Shown one piece after another: positions 46,897-55,916 of a stretch of DNA of 64,000 nucleotides. Position 1 is the first letter of the stretch, and each line of letters begins with the position of its first letter. Under the pieces are notes generated by a model, which saw only the letters and a list, made by a program, of their open reading frames with translations, was not told the origin of the DNA and made no database searches. The stretch is taken from IMG/VR virus record IMGVR_UViG_3300013830_000007, positions 24,323 through 88,322 of that record. One strand, 5' to 3'. The translations under genes were made by a program, and so were the position numbers. The DNA comes from a virus (taxonomy: Duplodnaviria; Caudoviricetes).

Positions 46897-47309
46897 AGCA
46901 ATACTTTAAAGAATTTGTAGTATTTGCCGCGAAGATCCAAAATGAGTCGCGGCATATCGCGACTCATTGGCTTATTCGCAGATTTAATACCAGATTTTTT
47001 AACAGAGAATATTATAATTCTCATACTCCCAATCCATTCAATCTTGACTATGAAGAAAATATGGAGTATAAGGATGAGCTGTTTGAAGATGTTATAACCT
47101 TTTGTATGGACTGCGAGGTGCCTAAACTGTTAGGATTAACGCCCGTAGATATCATGAGAAATTTTGATCTTCCTTCTTATAACGTTCTTAAAGATATCGT
47201 GATTAAACGCAATCAGGAACGCTATAAACATCTCAGTGCCGTTCAGGATAAACTTGAGAAGAGACAGGAAGAGATACTTAACAATGCTAAAGGAAAAAGA
47301 GATGAGTGA
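46827..47309 (+). CDS. Frameshift-extension frame (T-like part); the track ORF 47061-47309 is only its 3' half
   Basis: Frame open from 46827 with no ATG/GTG/TTG until 47061; entered by a -1 slip at 46839-46845; LLGLTPVDIM resembles tail-chaperone T-part motifs. Confidence 0.55.
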   Translation, partial: SYAEFFYPRSNQASTGNIETKQLEQYFKEFVVFAAKIQNESRHIATHWLIRRFNTRFFNREYYNSHTPNPFNLDYEENMEYKDELFEDVITFCMDCEVPKLLGLTPVDIMRNFDLPSYNVLKDIVIKRNQERYKHLSAVQDKLEKRQEEILNNAKGKRDE

Positions 47310-49278
47310 AGCTCCTGAAATAGATCCGAGCATGCGTGCTGTGATAAACACCAATTTCGATACCAGTAATATTGTATCGATGGAGAAATCATTACCGCAA
47401 ATTCAGAATACTCTCAGAAGGTGTCAGTCTATTCTGAAAGACCATTGCGGTCCTCAAGCCGGATACGCAATGCTGGTTAACAATATGTCAGGTGGTATCA
47501 ATTTTGAACCGAATGTTTTTACCAGGGATGGTATTAAGATTCTCAGTTCAATTGAGTTTTTATCACCGTTAGAAAGATATGTTAAAGATCTTTTAACTTA
47601 TGTAGGAACAAGAGTTGATAATAATGCCAAGGATGGCACTACAACCTCAATGCTTTTTTCCTCATTATTCCTGGATAAAGTATTGGGTTCTACTAAGAAA
47701 TTACAGGATCTTAATCTGTCATTTTTCCAGATGAACAGATGCATAGAACGTACATTCAATACTATCCTACAGGATATAGAGAAATATACGTATTCTATTG
47801 AAAAGATAGTCGGTAAACCCGAGAATGAAATCACTGAAAATGAGAAAGTAAGAACAGCTGGGTTGATAGCTTTTATGCAGGCGTTATCATCTTCAGGTGG
47901 TAATGTTGAATTAGCTATAGCAATGAAAGAGATTTTCGAAAAATCTCCTTCAGTATCCTGGGAGTTTATCACTTCGCATAATTCGATTAAAGAAACTGGA
48001 AAATCATTTGAAGTTGAGACTGCTCCTTATGATACTCACTTCAAGTGTATCACCAGTCAGGCAAATGTTCTTAATGCTGCGTTAAGTACCGAATACGAAG
48101 ATGAGAATGTAACCTGCTTAATCATTTCAAGTGTCTTGAGTGCTGGAAGTTTCAAGACTACTCAGGTACTTGAGTGGATCAAGAATTTTGATACTAATAA
48201 ACCGTTAGCTATTTTTGCTCAGTTTATTGATGCATCGTTCCAATCTGAGTTAGCTAAAATCAATCAGCTGAGAAATAAGTTTATTTCTCTCTGGTGCTAT
48301 AGCGCTGAAACCAGAGTAGCAAGTATGAATTACCCTTATGAGTTAATGATTGCTGCTGCTATCGCTGGTGCAGAGCCTTTTGATATGGATAATAACTCAG
48401 ATGTAATTACTGATAAGCATATCTTTGTAGCCAAGAAACTTCATTGGCATGATAGCTTTATGGATTTCTACGGAATAGTACACACTGTCGATGACAGTAA
48501 CTTACATCCGTTCTATGCGAATCCTTCTACTGCTACTCAGTTCTACAAAGATACCAGAGAAGCTATTGAGAAACAGTTATCTTTGTATAAGAATGGTCAT
48601 AAGCCTGATGGAAGAATGTGTGGTCTGTTTATGGAGATGCTGAATAAATTAGCATGTATTCATAGACCTACTCTCAGATTAGGCGGACCTGTTCATGAGC
48701 AGTTAGCTAATAATGATGTTGTTCAGGATGTTCAGGGTGCGATTATGTCATCGCTTAAGCATGGATTCTTAATCAATGGCCCGTTAGCGATGTATCATGC
48801 ATTCTGTTCTACCTATACAAAATTTCAGAAGTTAGCTCGTGAAGCTACCGGTATTACCAGGAATATGTATATTTTCTCAACTATCATTCTTAGTGATATG
48901 TGCGATTCAGTAAGTGAGATTCTTAAAACAGTATATTCACTTCCTGACATCAGCTATGAGAAAATTATTCCTGATGAACTGTGTAAGAAGATGATGGATA
49001 ATAGTGATATCTATAGAAATGTACTTGACGCTAAGGCAAGAAGTTTTAAAGATTTTATCACTATGCTGAAGAGTATTAAAGAAATCTCCAATGATTCTGA
49101 AGAAGGTTTAGAGTTAGGTGTAACTTATCCAGTACTTCAGCCATTAGCTATTACTACTGAGTTACTTAAGCGTGTTCAGGAACTTTTAATGAAGTTCATT
49201 AACACTAATAAGATCGTAGTATATGGTGGTGTGGTAGTCAATAAGGAAAACACAGATGTCAATTCAAAAGATAAGTGA
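47236..49278 (+). CDS. Divergent chaperonin (GroEL/TCP-1 family); probable start at ATG 47302
   Basis: CGPQAG, FTRDGIKIL, KDGTTTS (GDGTTT), LRLGG...VVQDVQGAIMSSLKHG (IKVGA...VEDALHATRAAVEEG). Confidence 0.75.
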   Translation: MPFRINLRRDRKRYLTMLKEKEMSEAPEIDPSMRAVINTNFDTSNIVSMEKSLPQIQNTLRRCQSILKDHCGPQAGYAMLVNNMSGGINFEPNVFTRDGIKILSSIEFLSPLERYVKDLLTYVGTRVDNNAKDGTTTSMLFSSLFLDKVLGSTKKLQDLNLSFFQMNRCIERTFNTILQDIEKYTYSIEKIVGKPENEITENEKVRTAGLIAFMQALSSSGGNVELAIAMKEIFEKSPSVSWEFITSHNSIKETGKSFEVETAPYDTHFKCITSQANVLNAALSTEYEDENVTCLIISSVLSAGSFKTTQVLEWIKNFDTNKPLAIFAQFIDASFQSELAKINQLRNKFISLWCYSAETRVASMNYPYELMIAAAIAGAEPFDMDNNSDVITDKHIFVAKKLHWHDSFMDFYGIVHTVDDSNLHPFYANPSTATQFYKDTREAIEKQLSLYKNGHKPDGRMCGLFMEMLNKLACIHRPTLRLGGPVHEQLANNDVVQDVQGAIMSSLKHGFLINGPLAMYHAFCSTYTKFQKLAREATGITRNMYIFSTIILSDMCDSVSEILKTVYSLPDISYEKIIPDELCKKMMDNSDIYRNVLDAKARSFKDFITMLKSIKEISNDSEEGLELGVTYPVLQPLAITTELLKRVQELLMKFINTNKIVVYGGVVVNKENTDVNSKDK

Positions 49279-49672
49279 GGTTGCAGTAGGAGATGAAGTC
49301 AGATTTAAGACCAGTTCTCCTCATGACAATGTATTGTGGTCTGGAAAAGTTATTGGTATCTGCAGCTACGCTATAGCAAGAAACTTTTATGATGTTGACA
49401 GTTATTATGCTGACATTAAAAAGTATAAAGCTGATATAGTTGCTAAGGAAGCAGCTGAGTACATTGTACTTCAGGTTGCTACTTCTGATAATTCCAGTAC
49501 CAATGTAGCATTTGCCAAAGATTGGATAGATCCATCAACAGTTGAATACGTAACAGCTAATGATTATGTAGATATTCGTATTTACAATATCAGTAAAGAT
49601 AAAGCTACAGATATTCTGAATTATATTCAGACTTCGTATCTTGGATACACTGCTGAAATTCTTGATAATTAA
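49256..49672 (+). CDS. SH3-like putative virion protein
   Basis: VGDEVRFKT...WSGKVIG...WIDPSTVE beta-barrel pattern. Confidence 0.5.
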   Translation: MSIQKISEVAVGDEVRFKTSSPHDNVLWSGKVIGICSYAIARNFYDVDSYYADIKKYKADIVAKEAAEYIVLQVATSDNSSTNVAFAKDWIDPSTVEYVTANDYVDIRIYNISKDKATDILNYIQTSYLGYTAEILDN

Positions 49673-49680
49673 ATAGAGGT

Positions 49681-49718
49681 ATACTCACCTTCCTTACGGA
49701 GGGTGAGTATACTTTTGT
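49681..49718 (+). terminator. Terminator between convergent genes
   Basis: atactcaccttcc/ggagggtgagtat stem plus a T run. Confidence 0.75.
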
Positions 49719-49719
49719 T

Positions 49720-50856
49720 TTACTTAATGTTGATAGTAGGATAACGGGAACCATCACCATAGTCAACCATACCGTCAATAGCCTTGGTAACTACAGTAGA
49801 GTTCTCATAGTCGTTGCATACTACGAATAATCCATTTTCATCCTGAGAGTTGCAGACAGTTGCTAAGTCATCTACCGGAAGAATATCTTTTCCACCTTTC
49901 TTACAACCGATAATATTGATAGTAATCTTCTCTTTGGCAAATCTGTTAGCTGCCTTGATTTCATCGCCAGTACCTTTCTGGTAATCCTCTAACAGAATCA
50001 TAGGCCAGGACAGATTCTTATCAGTAGACTTAACAGAGCAGTTGATGAGATTAACTACAATGCCAGAGACATTGTCCTTATTGGAAAGACGAAGTACCTG
50101 AGATACATTGCCAAATGTACAATTCTTAATATTAATAACAGCATTGGGCTGAGTATTGAAAATAAGAATAGAGTTATTGGAAGTATCTCCGAAGTTACAG
50201 TCCTCAATGGTGACAGCCTTAGGAGCTGCATTGGTTAATCCAATTTCAAGAGTATTATAACCTGTCTGACTGAAATCACAATTCCTGATAGTTACATAGC
50301 CGTTGTTATTGATACTTATTCCAGCGTTGCTGACAGATTTAGCTAATTTACCAGAAGTGATAACATCTGTTAAAGTAACATCATCTGCAGCAGCAACAGT
50401 CACATGAGCAGAATCAATAGTTGAACTTGCAAGATCAACACTCTTTGCTGCTATTTTAGTGACACCAGCAGGAATTGCTACATCCTTAACTACAGCATCT
50501 ACAGTAGTATCATTGTATCCAGCAGATACATCAGTTACTACAGTAGAATTGGCTGTCTTAAGAGTATGTACCTGATCTTCAACTATAGAAATCCTGCCAG
50601 GAAGATCAGTAACAACATTGAGAACAGAAGTGATAGCGCTATTGATAGCAGTTAATTTGGTATTGATACCATCAATAGAAGAAGCATTAGTCTGAACAGA
50701 GGTATTAACGTCATCTACAGACTTTTTAATCTCACTTACAGTTGTATCAATAGATGTAACTGCATCGGAAATAGCTGAAATACCATTTTCGATATTATTT
50801 AGTTTAGCAGAAGTGATAACATCACCTTTCTGCCATTCACTTTTAGTATAGCTCAT
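49720..50856 (-). CDS. Fibre/spike protein with a coiled coil and a beta-helix (pectin-lyase-like) C-terminus
   Basis: N-terminal YTKSEWQKGDVITSAKLNNIENGI anchor; repeated TIxNCxF parallel beta-helix strands. Confidence 0.6.
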   Translation of the reverse strand: MSYTKSEWQKGDVITSAKLNNIENGISAISDAVTSIDTTVSEIKKSVDDVNTSVQTNASSIDGINTKLTAINSAITSVLNVVTDLPGRISIVEDQVHTLKTANSTVVTDVSAGYNDTTVDAVVKDVAIPAGVTKIAAKSVDLASSTIDSAHVTVAAADDVTLTDVITSGKLAKSVSNAGISINNNGYVTIRNCDFSQTGYNTLEIGLTNAAPKAVTIEDCNFGDTSNNSILIFNTQPNAVINIKNCTFGNVSQVLRLSNKDNVSGIVVNLINCSVKSTDKNLSWPMILLEDYQKGTGDEIKAANRFAKEKITINIIGCKKGGKDILPVDDLATVCNSQDENGLFVVCNDYENSTVVTKAIDGMVDYGDGSRYPTINIK

Positions 50857-51992
50857 ACAAGATCCTTTAAGTTGTGATAAAGTATTCTATTAAGAGTGAA
50901 TCTGAATCTGGAAAAAATATGATAATCCAGATCGGCTGATTTTGACAATACTCTCCAACCATTGGTGGCAATACCGATAACGCCTCTATTCCAATAAAGT
51001 GAGAAAATAGTTGGTGACATTAAAATCGCACCTGCTGTTTTTGGTATTCCACTAAGGAACGTACTAAGAGATGTGAAAATATCTCCCATCTTCCAGCCAG
51101 CATGAAACATTGCATCAAGAGAGGTAGTACCGATTTTCCAATAGCCCGGATATGTTTTATCAACATGCTTTACATTATTCAACCTTTCAAAAATCTTATC
51201 AGCTGTATCTTCAACATCAGAAACTTTTAATCTATCGAGGTTAAGAGTATTATAATTTTTAACACTGGTGCTGAGAAGATTATCGATAAGTTCGTATTTT
51301 GCATCAATCTCTGCAGCCATTTTCCTTAATTGACGAGCAGCACTTTGAGCTTTTTCAGGATAACCAAAAAATTTATTGTTAGTTAAATTTTTCATCAGAG
51401 TATTAGCCTGTTCTCTGTATGAATCAGTATCAGCAATCTGTAATGCTTTTTTAAATTGCTGCATATCCGGTGCATTAAGATTACCTTGCAACGGAACATT
51501 TTTATTTTTCTTCAGAGTATTTAATCGGTCTTTGACTTTTTCAATAGCACCGCTGTAGTCCTTTAAACTCTGTAACCATCTATAGCCAGCACTGAAAGGT
51601 TTAATGAAATCTTCTATCATTGCCATCGAAAGATCACCCATCATGTTGGCGAAACTTTCACCACCAGCAAAAGATAATCCTTCAATAACCTGATTACAGA
51701 TATTTTGATCTATAGAAGTAAAATCTTCTAATGAAGGTAATGAAACATGAGTTACTGTACTTAATTCGTTGTTTTTGTTAAACATGTACAATAAAGATTT
51801 ATCTATTCCGCAGTGCTGTATAGTATCAATTAATTTAGATAGCTGCTCATACTGCATAACTTTGATATCATTCTGATAAGCGATTTTATCGATATCGGCA
51901 CTGGCTTTCATGATATTAGTAAAATCGCCATCATCTTCGATATCAGAATATTCATCTGCAAGTTTATCAGAGAATACTGCTGATAAATTCAT
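50853..51992 (-). CDS. Internal head protein family member (phiKZ-like)
   Basis: LL...N..NEL...VSLPSLEDF and VIEG propeptide pattern shared with 61713-63083. Confidence 0.6.
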   Translation of the reverse strand: MNLSAVFSDKLADEYSDIEDDGDFTNIMKASADIDKIAYQNDIKVMQYEQLSKLIDTIQHCGIDKSLLYMFNKNNELSTVTHVSLPSLEDFTSIDQNICNQVIEGLSFAGGESFANMMGDLSMAMIEDFIKPFSAGYRWLQSLKDYSGAIEKVKDRLNTLKKNKNVPLQGNLNAPDMQQFKKALQIADTDSYREQANTLMKNLTNNKFFGYPEKAQSAARQLRKMAAEIDAKYELIDNLLSTSVKNYNTLNLDRLKVSDVEDTADKIFERLNNVKHVDKTYPGYWKIGTTSLDAMFHAGWKMGDIFTSLSTFLSGIPKTAGAILMSPTIFSLYWNRGVIGIATNGWRVLSKSADLDYHIFSRFRFTLNRILYHNLKDLV

Positions 51993-52077
51993 GACGTACC
52001 TCGTTACGAATTAAGTTTGGTTTTTATTTTTAACAGGAATTAAATCAATTCAGCTTTTTATTTTTTCAAGGTATTGA

Positions 52078-52758
52078 TTATTCAGACAAAACTGAACCAT
52101 TAGCTTCTAATGCTGCAACTTTCTCTTCTAATGTAGCGATACGTGTAAGGAGTGCATCAAGCAGAGCATTAACACCACCTACAGTGATCAGTTCATCATC
52201 AGCAGTATATGCGCCAGAAGTCTTATCTTTGGTATAGTAAACACCATGGTTAGTGAAGTTTACACGAGTACCAAGATTAGCTGTCTGACCAGCAGCCTGG
52301 TTGTTAGCAATGAACTTAGCATAGAACTGAGCCCAAATGTCGTTATCATTCTGACCATTGTTAACACCGATGAAAGAGATGATGTTAGCATCAGGGTTTT
52401 TAACCTGAACACCACCACCAGAAGCCTCATTCCAAACAGTAGAAACAACGTTACCAGTAGTAACCTTGTTAGTTACCAGATTATACTTACTCTGAGCATT
52501 AGTACCTGTAGCTGTTTCAGCTTTAGATACGAAATTCTCTTCAACAGCAGCAACTCTGTCATTTAAAGCAGAATGTTCACCAGGTAAGTTATCAACTGCT
52601 TCAGTAAGTGCAGTGATATCTTCCTGAATGTTATCTAATTTAGTTGAGTTAGAGTTAGCTACTTCTAAGGTATTAGCAATACCAGATTCAATGTTATTCA
52701 GTTTTGAAGAGGTGATCTTATCACCCTTTTTCCATTCTGTACTATTATATTCAGCCAT
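52078..52758 (-). CDS. Fibre-like protein sharing an N-terminal anchor with 49720-50856
   Basis: YNSTEWKKGDKITSSKLNNIESGI plus a coiled coil. Confidence 0.6.
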   Translation of the reverse strand: MAEYNSTEWKKGDKITSSKLNNIESGIANTLEVANSNSTKLDNIQEDITALTEAVDNLPGEHSALNDRVAAVEENFVSKAETATGTNAQSKYNLVTNKVTTGNVVSTVWNEASGGGVQVKNPDANIISFIGVNNGQNDNDIWAQFYAKFIANNQAAGQTANLGTRVNFTNHGVYYTKDKTSGAYTADDELITVGGVNALLDALLTRIATLEEKVAALEANGSVLSE

Positions 52759-52844
52759 GATTAACCTCGACTTATAATTTTCAGAACAAAATGCGAAGTA
52801 TTTAAATTGCTACTTCGCAGAGCAAAAATCATCTTGTATGACGA

Positions 52845-53927
52845 TTATTCTTCTAATACTGTTTCGTCAACAGTTGCATCATCTACAGTTGGTTGGTTGT
52901 CAGTTGGGTCATCGACGACTTCTCCGCCTACTGAGAATTTGACATATTTACGAATAATCGTCTTACCACAAATTAATTCAAATCCAATTTGAGCATCTGC
53001 TCTGTTGGTACGTACTACTAAGTTAGCTATATCCTTGTTGATAGTAGCAGACTTTCCATAGATGGTTCTGATTTCACCCTGCTTAATAGTGCCTAACAGT
53101 CCTGCAAAGCCGAATACCTCGCAGCCAAAAGGACTTACCCTTAATTCCATGATCTTGTTATCTTTATCGTTGACGTTCACACCAGTTATAGGGCTGTCAG
53201 CGCCTAATACGATATTAACATTTTCGGGGATAGTTAATTCAGGGATAGATGGTTGCTCATTGTGTAATACGGTGAGCTTAACAGTAGCAGAAACAACACC
53301 TTTTGAACTCTCAGTACTATCATCTCTTACTGTAACAACTACGCTGGCATCACCATAGTCGCAGCCAACGAAATAAATAGAACGAAGCAGATTGTTAAAG
53401 GTCTTGACAGTACCCCTAACTACGTATGTGGTATTAGGGCTGCAGATATTAAGATCAGTGATACCAACGATATAACCATTGGTAGGAGTAATAGACATAG
53501 TTAACTTTCTGGCTAACGGATCTCTGAAAGTAATACGTGTAGTTACCTTGGTAGGAACATTAGTATAAACCTTAAGACCAACTGATTTATCTTTCTTAAC
53601 AATAGGAATATAAGAAGCAACCGCGTTCTCAGGCTTATGATCTTTGTCATACATGTAAGCAACACCATCTTCAATAGCGAGGAATTGCTTAAGCATGTCT
53701 CTGCGGGGATCTTTAGGCCTATTGCAGTAAGTTAACTTAAACGCTTCTGACTGATCAGCTAATCCGAAGTAATCAGCAATATCACGCCAAGTGGTATGAG
53801 TTTCCTTGATAGCTTTGAGAGCGGTGCCTATACGCATACCGCCAGTATACTCTAACGGCTCGATAATGTAACGATGATTGTCAAAATCTGCTCTAGCCTT
53901 AGGCTTAATTCCAAAAACTTTAAACAT
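52845..53927 (-). CDS. Putative virion protein with Ig/cadherin-like domains
   Basis: Two beta-rich repeats (ITDLNI../ITGVNVNDKD; VRGTVKTFNNLL/IYGKSATINKDI; VVTVRDD). Confidence 0.5.
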   Translation of the reverse strand: MFKVFGIKPKARADFDNHRYIIEPLEYTGGMRIGTALKAIKETHTTWRDIADYFGLADQSEAFKLTYCNRPKDPRRDMLKQFLAIEDGVAYMYDKDHKPENAVASYIPIVKKDKSVGLKVYTNVPTKVTTRITFRDPLARKLTMSITPTNGYIVGITDLNICSPNTTYVVRGTVKTFNNLLRSIYFVGCDYGDASVVVTVRDDSTESSKGVVSATVKLTVLHNEQPSIPELTIPENVNIVLGADSPITGVNVNDKDNKIMELRVSPFGCEVFGFAGLLGTIKQGEIRTIYGKSATINKDIANLVVRTNRADAQIGFELICGKTIIRKYVKFSVGGEVVDDPTDNQPTVDDATVDETVLEE

Positions 53928-54105
53928 GTCTTGTACCTGCGAAGGTTAAATTAAAAAATAAAACACCCAGACTTTCTGGATATACAAGTGCGCACTTGTA
54001 TCTTACAGCAGAAAGTACGTGCAGACTTGTAGAGATGAATAGGATATCACTAGCATCTGTTCATATTATTGCCGAAAGACATGGATAGCCAAAAATAAAA
54101 GATAA

Positions 54106-54137
54106 GTTATCCTCACCTAAATGTAGGTGAGGATAAC
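54106..54137 (-). terminator. Terminator
   Basis: 14-bp stem gttatcctcaccta/taggtgaggataac. Confidence 0.7.
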
Positions 54138-54160
54138 CCGATTAAATAAAACCAGAAGTG

Positions 54161-54520
54161 TTAACTGTGATGAAAATTAAGTTTGCCTTTAATAACATCT
54201 GTTCTCTTTGCGCATTCGATCTGAAGTGCTACGTCTACACATCTATAAATGCAATCTTCACGTTTTTCGTTTTTATTAGGATCCATAAATTCTGTTATGT
54301 TCAGCCAGCCTCCTTTTACTCTGGTATACTGCTCAATGCCAAAATCATCTTCATCATCGTAACGATAATTCAGTTCGATAGTAGTGTCCAGTGGTGCTCT
54401 CTTCAGTCTGCGAATCAACGACTGTGTATCTTTTCTACAGTCATTCTTGGTCACCAATCGTCCCATAAATTCATCAAAATCTTTGTCACTCATTTTTCTC
54501 TCCTTCATTAACAATGTCAA
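54161..54520 (-). CDS. Hypothetical early protein
   Basis: ORF in the unit driven by the promoter at 55595. Confidence 0.65.
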   Translation of the reverse strand: MTLLMKERKMSDKDFDEFMGRLVTKNDCRKDTQSLIRRLKRAPLDTTIELNYRYDDEDDFGIEQYTRVKGGWLNITEFMDPNKNEKREDCIYRCVDVALQIECAKRTDVIKGKLNFHHS

Positions 54521-54983
54521 TGAACTGCTTGTACAATGAATCTTCAGAACATTCTATTTTATCAGTCCAATAAAAGTCATTAAGATTCAAAGGCAATGTT
54601 ACGTTATCACTAAGAAAATACTTCATTCTGGGATCACAGTTAGGTTTAAATGCCCAACCTAATAACTGATTGATAGGGAACCAATCTATCCCTGAAGAAG
54701 ATTTTAATTTAACCCAAGGGTAAGGAAATTCAGGATCTTTCCTTACCGTAGGTAAACAATTTCTGGTAAGTATACCAAAGGTATTGGTGTAAATACTTCC
54801 TCTGTCCCAAACCGCACCAAAATCGGTTATCAGATACTGTTCAGCACCGATGAAGTCAAGCATACATACTTCACAATTAAATTGGAACAGTTTGGTTCTG
54901 AGTCTTCTTCTGTCTGAAGATCTTACATTAACAGACATCAGGTTCCTCGAAGAAACTAAGTCCATCATACGTTCTCCTCGCAC
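54486..54983 (-). CDS. Degenerate NUMOD4/HNH-like protein
   Basis: YLITDFGAV and WVKL...FPINQLLGWAF echo NUMOD4-HNH; the catalytic His and Asn are absent. Confidence 0.4.
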   Translation of the reverse strand: MRGERMMDLVSSRNLMSVNVRSSDRRRLRTKLFQFNCEVCMLDFIGAEQYLITDFGAVWDRGSIYTNTFGILTRNCLPTVRKDPEFPYPWVKLKSSSGIDWFPINQLLGWAFKPNCDPRMKYFLSDNVTLPLNLNDFYWTDKIECSEDSLYKQFIDIVNEGEKNE

Positions 54984-55590
54984 ATGGCTGTAAATATAAT
55001 CCTACTTCGGAATAATCAAAGTCGTCAGCATTTTCATATGCCAGACTTAAATAATCATTAAACTCATCTCTAAACTGTTCTATGATTTGGTATCCGAAGA
55101 ATTCACGAAAAGTTAATTCAGCTGAATCAACAATTAGTTCTCTGTTGTATATATCTCGCAATGCTACTAGTTGTCTATATGAATTGCCAAATGAAACAGT
55201 AGCTATTCTTGAAGCAAAACTATCGTTGTAAGTTTTACGATAACTACGAATACTGTTATCGGTTTTTTGCATTTCGGCTGAATAGATTCTAAAGATATCT
55301 CCATGATGAGTAATACCGTAACCTGTTAAAAGTGGCATAGTGACGATACTTCTGCACATTAAAGTTTCACCAGGTACAATTGCGTTACTCAGATAAGTGC
55401 CGATAGGTAAATGACGTTCAGCCCCTTTCAGATAATCATCGAGGAAAGCATCAAGTACCATAGAAGACATAAATCGAAAATACTGATAAATATACGGGTG
55501 CTTATTGCCGAAGTAAGTTACTGTAGGTAACTTACGTTCCTCTTTATTGTAAATCATAGTTAAATCCTCCTTATAAAATAAGCTGGTCAA
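54928..55590 (-). CDS. Hypothetical early protein (start probably MIYN, after the GGAGG RBS)
   Basis: ORF directly downstream of a promoter motif. Confidence 0.7.
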   Translation of the reverse strand: MTSLFYKEDLTMIYNKEERKLPTVTYFGNKHPYIYQYFRFMSSMVLDAFLDDYLKGAERHLPIGTYLSNAIVPGETLMCRSIVTMPLLTGYGITHHGDIFRIYSAEMQKTDNSIRSYRKTYNDSFASRIATVSFGNSYRQLVALRDIYNRELIVDSAELTFREFFGYQIIEQFRDEFNDYLSLAYENADDFDYSEVGLYLQPCARRTYDGLSFFEEPDVC

Positions 55591-55594
55591 ATTA

Positions 55595-55621
55595 ATAATA
55601 TATAAATAAAATGCTGATGAA
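55595..55621 (-). promoter_or_regulatory. Early-type phage promoter motif
   Basis: Minus strand TTCATC-N11-TATATATTAT. Confidence 0.6.
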
Positions 55622-55655
55622 CACTGCGTACCAAAGTACGCAGTGCTCAGATGAT

Positions 55656-55904
55656 TTAAGGTTGTTGATCTTGTGGCTGAAGTGGTTTTTTGATTTTACC
55701 AGTTCTTTCATCTACTTCAGGTAATCCAGCTACAGAAGTAAGTAAACTCAGTAATCCGGATAATAAAGAAGCAGATATAATTAATTTCCAATCTACGTTT
55801 TCTATCACAGAGGCAGTGCCTAAAGTAGCTGCAGCAGTCTGAGCTATGGTTTTAATGGCTCGTATACCAGCAGCTTTAAACCAGTTTCTAGTAATGATTG
55901 TCAT
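55656..55904 (-). CDS. Phage holin, r1t family
   Basis: WFKAAGIRAIKTIAQTA...VDW...SLLTSVAGLPEV is the family signature. Confidence 0.85.
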   Translation of the reverse strand: MTIITRNWFKAAGIRAIKTIAQTAAATLGTASVIENVDWKLIISASLLSGLLSLLTSVAGLPEVDERTGKIKKPLQPQDQQP

Positions 55905-55916
55905 AGTAGTTAGCCC

